This document shows, piece by piece, positions 56,882 through 64,000 of a stretch of DNA of 64,000 nucleotides. A model generated the notes under the pieces. It had not been told where the DNA came from. It made no database searches and saw only the letters and a list, made by a program, of their open reading frames with translations. Within the stretch, counting starts at the first letter, position 1; each line of letters begins with the position of its first letter. The stretch covers positions 2,626-66,625 of the forward strand of contig CBDCGJ010000068.1 in assembly GCA_965216645.1 (NCBI GenBank). Direction: 5' to 3'. Source of the stretch: Alphaproteobacteria bacterium. Lineage in GTDB: Bacteria > Pseudomonadota > Alphaproteobacteria > GCA-2731375. The translations under genes and the position numbers were made by a program.

Positions 56882-57904
56882 ATGACGCGATTTTTCATCA
56901 TCTTCGCCTGCATCGTGGTCGTATTGGCAGGACTGAAAGCGGCCTCCTCGCTGGTCGTGCCGTTCTTACTGGCGACCTTTCTGGCGGTTCTGCTGTCGCC
57001 GCCCTTCGTCACCTTGCGGGGTCACGGCCTGCATAGCGGATTGGCTCTCTTCGCCATGATCGCCGGTTTGGCCGTCCTCGGCTTTCTGACGGTAACGGTG
57101 CTGCGCTCCTCTCTCGACCAGTTCATCGACAGCTTGCCGACCTATGAAGCCAATCTGCGGGTGCAGCTGGAGAATTTCTGGCAATTGCTGGCCGAATTCG
57201 GGATCGAGGTACCGAGAGAGCTGATTGCCGACAACCTGAACCCGCAATTGGCCATGAATTACGCCGGCCGCCTCGCCCGCGCGTTGAGCGGGATGATCGG
57301 GCAGGTCTTCATCATCTTCCTGGTCGTCGCTTTCATGCTGATGGAAGCGGCACAATTCGAACGCAAGCTTCACGCGATCCCGAATATCCAACCCGACACG
57401 ATCGCGGCCCTGGATCAGAATTTCCAGGATGTCCGCCGCTATGTCTCGATCAAGTCGGTGATGAGCCTGCTGACGGGCATTTTGGTCGGTGTCGGTCTCT
57501 GGGCATTGGGGGTCGATAACGCGCTTTTCATGGGCGTATTAGCGTTCTTCCTGAATTTCGTCCCGACCATCGGCTCGATCATCGCCGCGATCCCAGGCGT
57601 TATTCTGGCCTTCATCCAGTTCGGGCCGAGCGTCGCGATGTATACCGCGGGACTTTATTTGGCAATCAATGTGGGGATCGGAAATGTGCTGGAGCCGCGC
57701 TTTATGGGCGACGGATTGGGATTGTCAGCACTGGTCGTGGTTTTATCGATGATCTTCTGGGGCTGGCTGCTCGGCCCCGTCGGCATGTTGTTGAGCGTGC
57801 CCTTGACCTTGGTCTTGAAGTTCGCGCTGGAGATCGATCCGAAGTCTCAACCGGTCGCCGCCTTCCTGGGACCGGCCCCGAAGAAGGACAAGGATGTCGC
57901 CTAG
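56882..57904 (+). CDS. AI-2E family transporter
   Basis: LNFVPTIG, GNVLEP, FWGWLLGPVGMLLSVP. Confidence 0.9.
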   Translation: MTRFFIIFACIVVVLAGLKAASSLVVPFLLATFLAVLLSPPFVTLRGHGLHSGLALFAMIAGLAVLGFLTVTVLRSSLDQFIDSLPTYEANLRVQLENFWQLLAEFGIEVPRELIADNLNPQLAMNYAGRLARALSGMIGQVFIIFLVVAFMLMEAAQFERKLHAIPNIQPDTIAALDQNFQDVRRYVSIKSVMSLLTGILVGVGLWALGVDNALFMGVLAFFLNFVPTIGSIIAAIPGVILAFIQFGPSVAMYTAGLYLAINVGIGNVLEPRFMGDGLGLSALVVVLSMIFWGWLLGPVGMLLSVPLTLVLKFALEIDPKSQPVAAFLGPAPKKDKDVA

Positions 57905-58515
57905 CGCGACGGCGGCGCTAGATCCCACAATGCCAGACCGACAGACAGTAACAGCAGGCCAGCGAACGTCAGATTTGCGATCCGGCTCGCGGTCGGGTGC
58001 GTGAGAATAGACGATAAGCCGGTACCGAACGCAAGCCATCCGACATTGACGGCAACAACGACCATCGACAGGGCCAATACTTTCACACCCGCATCCAGCA
58101 AATCGCTATCGGTCAATATCTGCCGGCTGGCGAAGACCGCGCCAATGGCCGCAAAAGCCTTGGGATTGGAGACAGCCAACAACAATCCGTTCAGGAAAGA
58201 CGGCCGTTGCGTTCCGTTATCCACCCGCGAAATCGGCGGCGCCGTGGCGATGCGGAAGGCGAGATAGAGTATGTAGAAGGCCGCCACGGCCGTTATCGCG
58301 ACAACCAGCGCCGGGACCGCGAGGATCAAGCCGGTGACGCCGGTGGCAATCAATATCAGGACGAAACAGGTGCCGAGAATGATGCCGCTTAGATAACGAC
58401 CGCTGCGCCGAAAGCCGAAGGCCGCGCCGAAGCCGGCCAAGCTTAGGGTTGCCGGGCCCGGGCTCCCCATCAATGGCAAAGCCGCGGCGTAAAGAAGCAG
58501 CAAGTTCTCCCACAT
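57901..58515 (-). CDS. LysE/RhtB-family exporter
   Basis: SPGP, YILYLA, NPKA. Confidence 0.88.
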   Translation of the reverse strand: MWENLLLLYAAALPLMGSPGPATLSLAGFGAAFGFRRSGRYLSGIILGTCFVLILIATGVTGLILAVPALVVAITAVAAFYILYLAFRIATAPPISRVDNGTQRPSFLNGLLLAVSNPKAFAAIGAVFASRQILTDSDLLDAGVKVLALSMVVVAVNVGWLAFGTGLSSILTHPTASRIANLTFAGLLLLSVGLALWDLAPPSR

Positions 58516-58519
58516 CCGA

Positions 58520-58930
58520 TCAGCCGTGTAGTTTGAATCCCTTCAGGATCTTATCCACCTGCCGGCGTTCCGCATGGAAGCCCAGGCCGACAAGGTTCAG
58601 ATTTTCCGTCGCTACATCGGCAACGGCGGCGCGATTGTCCTCGTCACCGCCTGTGGCGAACAATTCCTGGGTATAAATGGTCGGCTGGACGGCGCGCCGT
58701 TCGGCTCTCGCCAAAGCGGTGCGCAATTTGTCCAGGTCGGCTTCGAAGATCAGCACCGGCTGGCGGATTAAAGGGCCGTAGACCCGACCCGAGGCGTCTT
58801 TGTAGGGCAAACCCGGCAATTCCGGGCTCAACCCGACCAAACCGCCGGCCAGGAAGGCGGTGACGTTCAATTTCTGCCAGGTCTCGAGATCGCATCGCAC
58901 GACGATGGCGACTTTGGTATCATAGCTCAT
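58520..58930 (-). CDS. DUF2000-family protein
   Basis: DTKVAIVVR.DL.TWQKLNVTAFL, YKDASG, QPVL. Confidence 0.8.
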   Translation of the reverse strand: MSYDTKVAIVVRCDLETWQKLNVTAFLAGGLVGLSPELPGLPYKDASGRVYGPLIRQPVLIFEADLDKLRTALARAERRAVQPTIYTQELFATGGDEDNRAAVADVATENLNLVGLGFHAERRQVDKILKGFKLHG

Positions 58931-59810
58931 GGGGAGTTTGATATCAGCGGATCGTCAGGCCAGTCTTGAACGATCGTGCGCGGAAGCCGGACAGGATTGG
59001 ATCGCCGTCGCCCCGACGCAGGCCGGGATCGCGCGTATCGAAGCTTTTTTCGCCGACGAAGCCTACCGTCCGCACCGCCACGACAGTTATTCGATCGGCT
59101 ACACCCTGACCGGCGTGCAGCGATTCGACTATCGCGGCCGCACCTATGACAGCCTGCCCGGCGACGTGATCGTTCTGCACCCGGATGAGCGCCATAACGG
59201 CCGGTCCGGCGATGACGGCGGCTTTCGCTATCGTATGCTCTATTTGGAACCCGCCTTGATCTGGGAAGCGGTGGGTCAGGCGGGACAATGCCTGCCTTTC
59301 ATCTCCACGGGCATTGTTAAAGACAGCGGATTACGCGGCGTACTCGAACAGGCCTTCGAGCTATCGGATCGCGAATTGGCACCGCTGGCCGCCGATCATA
59401 TCGTCCTGGCGGTGGCGGAAGCGCTGGCGGCGCATGATGGAGGAATACGCCCCGCCCGCACGTCACCGATCAATCGGTCCGCCGTGACAACCGCACGCGA
59501 CTATCTGGCCGACCATTGCCGCCGGACCGTGACGTCCGACGAGTTGGCGGTGGTGTCCGGCTTAAGCCGCTTCGAGCTGGCGCGCCAGTTCAAGCACGCC
59601 TTCGGGACCAGCCCGCACCGCTATCTAACGATGCGCCGACTGGACGCGGCACGGACGGATATCGCCAAGGGTCTATCGTTAGCGGAGGTGGCGGCGGACT
59701 GCGGTTTCGCCGATCAAAGCCACTTGACCCGGCAGTTCAAGGCCGCCTTCGGCCTGACGCCCGGCCGTTGGCGCGCGATTTGCCAGCCGTCGGGCCAAGT
59801 TCCGACTTAA
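58929..59810 (+). CDS. AraC-family transcriptional regulator
   Basis: PHRHDSY cupin domain, HPDERHNG, FGTSPHRY, GFADQSHLTRQF; true start may be downstream. Confidence 0.9.
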   Translation: MGSLISADRQASLERSCAEAGQDWIAVAPTQAGIARIEAFFADEAYRPHRHDSYSIGYTLTGVQRFDYRGRTYDSLPGDVIVLHPDERHNGRSGDDGGFRYRMLYLEPALIWEAVGQAGQCLPFISTGIVKDSGLRGVLEQAFELSDRELAPLAADHIVLAVAEALAAHDGGIRPARTSPINRSAVTTARDYLADHCRRTVTSDELAVVSGLSRFELARQFKHAFGTSPHRYLTMRRLDAARTDIAKGLSLAEVAADCGFADQSHLTRQFKAAFGLTPGRWRAICQPSGQVPT

Positions 59811-61534
59811 TGGATTTCAGGCTCAGGCACCGCCGCGTCGTCGGATAGAATCTCGAAATCGCAACCCTTGTCGGCTTGAGTGACATGCTGACTGTAGATC
59901 GCCCCGAAGCCGCGGGCATAACGGGGTTCGGGCGCGTGCCAGGCAGCCTGCCGCGCTGCCAATTCCTCGTCGTCGATCAGCAGGTCGAGACGGCGTTTCG
60001 GCACGTCCAAGCGAATGCGGTCGCCGTCACGAACCAACGCCAGCGGACCGCCGACAAAGCTTTCCGGTGCGATATGCAGGACGCACGTCCCGTAGCTGGT
60101 GCCGCTCATGCGCGCGTCGGACAGACGTACCATGTCGCGGACGCCTTTCTGTAACAGCTTCTTCGGCAGCGGCATCATACCCCATTCCGGCATCCCCGGC
60201 CCGCCCTGCGGCCCCGCGTTGCGCAGGACGAGAACCGAATTCTCGTCGACCTCAAGATCGTCGCTGTCCAGCCGCCGCGCCAGGTCGTTATAGTCGTCGA
60301 ACACCACTGCGGGACCGGTATGCCGAAGCAAGGCCGGGTCGGCGGCGATCGGTTTGATCACGGCGCCGTCCGGTGCCAGATTGCCGCGTAACACGGCGAC
60401 GGTCTGCTGGTCGGAGACCGGATTATCGCGCGGGCGAATGACATCGTCGTCGTAGACCCGCGCGTCCCTAAAACCGTCGCCGAACGGCCTACCGGACACG
60501 GTGCGGGCATCCAAAGCAAGGACGTCCGTAATCCGCGTCAACAGGCCGAGGATGCCGCCGGCATAACGGAAATCTTCCATCAGATATGTGCCCGAAGGCC
60601 GCACATTCGCGAGCAACGGCACTTCCTTCGCCGCGGCGTCCAGATCGTCCAACGCGATCGGCACCTTGGCGCGGCCGGCGAGGGCAAGCAGATGCACCGC
60701 CGCGTTGGTCGAGCCGCCGAAGGCCATGGTCACCGCCAAGGCATTACGGAAGGAACGCTCGTCGAGAATGTCCGACGGTTTCAGGTCGGCCCAGACCATA
60801 TCGACAATATGCCGCCCGCTGGCCGTAGCCAGGCGGGCATGATCGGATTCTGCGGCCAGGATCGAGCTGGCGCCTGGCAATGTGAGGCCCAGCGCCTCCG
60901 CCACGCCGGTCATGGTTGAGGCCGTGCCCATGGTCATGCAGGTGCCGGGGGAGCGGGAGACGCCGCTTTCGATCTCATCCCAATCGGCCTCCGTGATCGT
61001 GCCGGCGCGCCGTTCCGCCCAGTATTTCCAGGCGTCGCTGCCGCTGCCGAGATGTTGGCCCCGCCAATTGCCGCGCAACGCCGGCCCGGCGGGAAAATAG
61101 ATCGCCGGCACGTCCATACTGATTGCCGCCATCAGTAGGGCCGGCGTGGTCTTGTCGCAGCCGCCCATCAGCACGGCGCCGTCGATCGGGTGGCTGCGGA
61201 TCAACTCCTCGGCCTCCATGGCGAGGAAATTCCGATAGAGCATGGTGGTCGGCTTGACCATCGGTTCGGCGAGCGACATGGCCGGCAACTCGACAGGAAA
61301 GCCGCCCGCCTGCCAGACGCCGCGCTTCACCTCCTCCGCCCGCTGCCGCAAATGCATGTGGCAGGCGTTCAGGTCGGACCAGGTATTGATGATGGCGATG
61401 ACCGGTTTGCCGGCGAAGTCGGCTCGCGCGTAGCCCATCTGCTTGGCCCGCGAGCGATGACCGAAGGCACGCAGATCGTCGACGCCGAACCAGCGGTGGC
61501 TGCGTAAATCTTCCGGCTTGAGTTTCCGTTTCAT
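59807..61534 (-). CDS. IlvD/Edd-family sugar-acid dehydratase (L-arabinonate dehydratase-like)
   Basis: GCDKTTP, GTCMTMGTAS, GGSTN, GPGMPEWG, SDARMSGTSYG, C-terminal EPEIH. Confidence 0.9.
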   Translation of the reverse strand: MKRKLKPEDLRSHRWFGVDDLRAFGHRSRAKQMGYARADFAGKPVIAIINTWSDLNACHMHLRQRAEEVKRGVWQAGGFPVELPAMSLAEPMVKPTTMLYRNFLAMEAEELIRSHPIDGAVLMGGCDKTTPALLMAAISMDVPAIYFPAGPALRGNWRGQHLGSGSDAWKYWAERRAGTITEADWDEIESGVSRSPGTCMTMGTASTMTGVAEALGLTLPGASSILAAESDHARLATASGRHIVDMVWADLKPSDILDERSFRNALAVTMAFGGSTNAAVHLLALAGRAKVPIALDDLDAAAKEVPLLANVRPSGTYLMEDFRYAGGILGLLTRITDVLALDARTVSGRPFGDGFRDARVYDDDVIRPRDNPVSDQQTVAVLRGNLAPDGAVIKPIAADPALLRHTGPAVVFDDYNDLARRLDSDDLEVDENSVLVLRNAGPQGGPGMPEWGMMPLPKKLLQKGVRDMVRLSDARMSGTSYGTCVLHIAPESFVGGPLALVRDGDRIRLDVPKRRLDLLIDDEELAARQAAWHAPEPRYARGFGAIYSQHVTQADKGCDFEILSDDAAVPEPEIH

Positions 61535-61591
61535 CGTCGCTCCCCCAATCTCATGCTCGAAAGGGAGATATACGCGCAATTATCCCGCGCG

Positions 61592-62164
61592 TCAGCGGCT
61601 TTCGTTTTGACCTGCCGCCATCAAGGCCAAGGACTTCAAGCTACGCCACAAGGACATTAAATGCTTTTTGTCCCGCGCTTTGTATTTCAGGCCGACGCAA
61701 GCATGTTGAACGCAATCGGCTAAAGCTTCGGCGGTCAGCCCATTCTCTTCCAGGGCGGATTGATAGGGCGCGAAAACTGTCGTCAAGACAGAGCGATATT
61801 GCGCGTAAGACGCCTCGATCTCCTGCTTCGCGGCGTGATTGAAGCCGTAGATCAGATCTTCCGCATGGGGTGCCACCACGATGCGCTCGTACGGCTCGAC
61901 CACGAGATGCTGGAACACCGCATCGAGCCGTCGAGAAAGATCGTCGGTTTCGGCGCAATCGGTCTCGATCGCTGCAAAAGAGCTTTCCGCGTGCAGCCTG
62001 ATCGTTGCCCGCAAAACCTCCTCTTTATTGGCGAAGGCGTTGTACAGCGTTTGCCGCGCGATCCCGGCCTCGCTGGCGATGTCGTTCATGGTCGCCCGCT
62101 TCACGCCATAGCGCGAAAACACGTTAAGCGCCGCGTCGACGATATTTTTCTCCCGTGAACTCAT
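61592..62164 (-). CDS. TetR/AcrR-family transcriptional regulator
   Basis: FSRYGVKRATMNDIASEAGIARQTLY HTH. Confidence 0.9.
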   Translation of the reverse strand: MSSREKNIVDAALNVFSRYGVKRATMNDIASEAGIARQTLYNAFANKEEVLRATIRLHAESSFAAIETDCAETDDLSRRLDAVFQHLVVEPYERIVVAPHAEDLIYGFNHAAKQEIEASYAQYRSVLTTVFAPYQSALEENGLTAEALADCVQHACVGLKYKARDKKHLMSLWRSLKSLALMAAGQNESR

Positions 62165-62173
62165 GCAAACATC

Positions 62174-62225
62174 TTGACAAACGGCGTCCAAATGTCAATA
62201 TGGACATTAATACGTAATTTGTCCA
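62174..62225. promoter_or_regulatory. Two tandem palindromic operators, T(T/G)GACA-N13-TGTC(A/C)A
   Basis: TTGACA-N13-TGTCAA (62174-62198) and TGGACA-N13-TGTCCA (62201-62225) directly upstream of the TetR gene. Confidence 0.7.
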
Positions 62226-62280
62226 AATGTTCACGGCGCAACGAAGCCGCCGAGTGAACCGAGTAAGTGAAGGAAAGACG

Positions 62281-62520
62281 ATGACCAGCACCCATTTTCA
62301 CCAACCCACCGGTTATGCGAAACCCGAAGCCAAGTCCGGTTGGATGGCGAACCTGATCGACGCGACGACGCAGGTATGGCGCACCTATTTCGGCCATCCC
62401 AAGTCCGATTACGTGGCGGTCTCCCACCTCGAAACCCATGCGCCGGCCACGGCCTGGGACGGCGCTGTCGACCATATCGCCCGCAACCAGCCGCACGCCC
62501 TGGTGCATATCATCCGCTAG
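62281..62520 (+). CDS. Small hypothetical protein (79 aa) divergent from the TetR gene
   Basis: AAGGA RBS, host-like GC-ending codons, fills the gap between the TetR and TPR genes. Confidence 0.6.
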   Translation: MTSTHFHQPTGYAKPEAKSGWMANLIDATTQVWRTYFGHPKSDYVAVSHLETHAPATAWDGAVDHIARNQPHALVHIIR

Positions 62521-62537
62521 TATTGCGCCCGGGTCGG

Positions 62538-63878
62538 TTATTCCGACCCGACGAGAATCTCATACTGCCGACGTTCCGCCGCCGCCCGCGCTTCCTGGCC
62601 CGCCGCCAGGCAAAGCGCGGGCGCATATATCTCCGCCGGCGCCCGTTTTGCCACGGCCTGATCGATTTCGTTGAGGAGATCCTCAGGCGAGATAGTCGGT
62701 GGTGCGGCGATCCGTCCAAAGACCACGAACTTTTCCGTTTCCTCGTGGTCCAAATGGTCATTGTCCGGATCACGCCAGCAACTTTCACACATTATCTGAT
62801 AGCTTTCCGTGTGCGAGTAGACGACGCTATCTGCGCTAAGGTCGGCACTGGCGTCGGCCAGTTGATCGGCCGTTTCTTGCGTGCCGGCAAAGTCGTAATA
62901 GTGATATCCTTGGCGGACCAGCGTCGCTAAATGGGGAAATACGGCAACTTGCTCGCCGCCATATGTGTGATAGGTGATCGGCGCGCCGTCGAACAGAACC
63001 ACGTCGCCGAAGTCGACCCCGAGATCCTGGTACAATACGCTTCGAATAATGCCGTGACAGGGGCTGAGGCGTTGGATCCAGATGGTTTCCTCCAAGCCGG
63101 GCGAATCATTCTCAGGTCGCCGCTCCGCCAACGGGTTTTCCGCAAGCTTAACTTTGCACATGGCGAACCGCCCATCCGGCAAGCCAAAGCGCCCCAACTC
63201 GATTTTCACGTCCATAGCCTGCCAAACCTCTAAAGCGACCTCCCCCATGCCCGCGCCCGTCGCGCAGATACCGAGGTTCCAGTGATAAGCTTCGTTGTCG
63301 CCGTCGCTCAGGCGAAGAGCGGATTGGTTCGAAAGGACGCCGGCTTCGAACTGGCCTCGTGTTTTCTGGTACAGACCTAAATTGTAATGATAGGAACTCT
63401 TTTCGGGATCGATCTCGACGAGACCGCGATAGGCGCGTTCGGCCACTTCATCCGCTTGTCGCGCCAACATCCTGGCCGCCGTCGACAAGCCGGTCAGGAT
63501 TGCCTTTCGTGCCGAAACGTCATCTTGGTCTTCGAGTTCGCTCGAAAGTGCCGCAACGATATCGGCGAACAGGGCATCCGTCGGCGGTGCGGCGTTAAGA
63601 TCGTCGATATCCCGTGCGGCCTCCGACGCTTCGCCCAACAGGCAGAGAATCTCCAGATCGTTTCCGTGAGCCTCAAATATTTCCGACATGATTTCAACAA
63701 CAGCGACCCACGTGAGTGAATGCCGCTCAAAAATTTCGATCAGACTTTTCGCAGCTTCACGATGTTCCGCCTGCATCGATCTAAGTCTATTCATCGCTTC
63801 CCAGGCATCGTCATCTCGGTCTTCGGAAATTGCATTCTCGGCTTCTTCGGTAATCGATTTAATTTGATCCGATGACAT
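62538..63878 (-). CDS. Tetratricopeptide-repeat protein of unknown function
   Basis: YHYNLGLY and YHWNLGIC TPR-like repeats; CxxC and His-rich patch near the C-terminus; GAGGT before MSSDQ. Confidence 0.7.
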   Translation of the reverse strand: MSSDQIKSITEEAENAISEDRDDDAWEAMNRLRSMQAEHREAAKSLIEIFERHSLTWVAVVEIMSEIFEAHGNDLEILCLLGEASEAARDIDDLNAAPPTDALFADIVAALSSELEDQDDVSARKAILTGLSTAARMLARQADEVAERAYRGLVEIDPEKSSYHYNLGLYQKTRGQFEAGVLSNQSALRLSDGDNEAYHWNLGICATGAGMGEVALEVWQAMDVKIELGRFGLPDGRFAMCKVKLAENPLAERRPENDSPGLEETIWIQRLSPCHGIIRSVLYQDLGVDFGDVVLFDGAPITYHTYGGEQVAVFPHLATLVRQGYHYYDFAGTQETADQLADASADLSADSVVYSHTESYQIMCESCWRDPDNDHLDHEETEKFVVFGRIAAPPTISPEDLLNEIDQAVAKRAPAEIYAPALCLAAGQEARAAAERRQYEILVGSE

Positions 63879-64000
63879 GATTTCGACCTCATTATCGACT
63901 TGGTTCCGTGCATTGGCCTTGAACAATATTTGATTGCGATTTATCCGATAAGAGTAGCAGAACCCGGTAGATACCAAGAAGAGGCTGGATTTCATGCCCC

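Noticed and set aside
63971-63978. ATACCAAG matching the MITE end
   Set aside because: Only 8 bp match and the following sequence diverges; compatible with chance
1-64000. CRISPR array, rRNA, tRNA, prophage or integrase genes
   Set aside because: No regularly spaced repeats, RNA gene signatures or phage and recombinase motifs seen by eye; a covariance-model scan was not possible

Overview
GC-rich, gene-dense chromosomal region of an alphaproteobacterium, judged from conserved blocks such as uvrC-pgsA-mobB-moeA-moaD-moaE, ilvE/MarR-OmpR-EnvZ, proC-ybjN and ubiK/lgt-midA-pgeF. It has about 65 CDS and no rRNA, tRNA or CRISPR that I could see. The most notable signal is upstream of an apparently inserted, more AT-rich methionyl-tRNA synthetase gene (49038-50633, minus strand). 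An unannotated 27-codon leader ORF (50725-50808) carries three consecutive Met codons, mutually exclusive 1:2, 2:3 and 3:4 hairpins and a U8 terminator. This is the full architecture of a methionine-sensing ribosome-mediated attenuator, probably on a leaderless transcript. Other points of interest: a TA-flanked MITE with perfect terminal inverted repeats (5710-5868) that supplies the stop codon of the Anbu protease; the ATP-grasp/alpha-E/transglutaminase/Anbu operon; two tandem STT3/AglB-like GT-C transferases lacking the WWD motif; a DnaA-box cluster upstream of uvrC; and paired palindromic operators for a MarR and a TetR regulator. Protein calls come from motif recognition by eye, without database searches.
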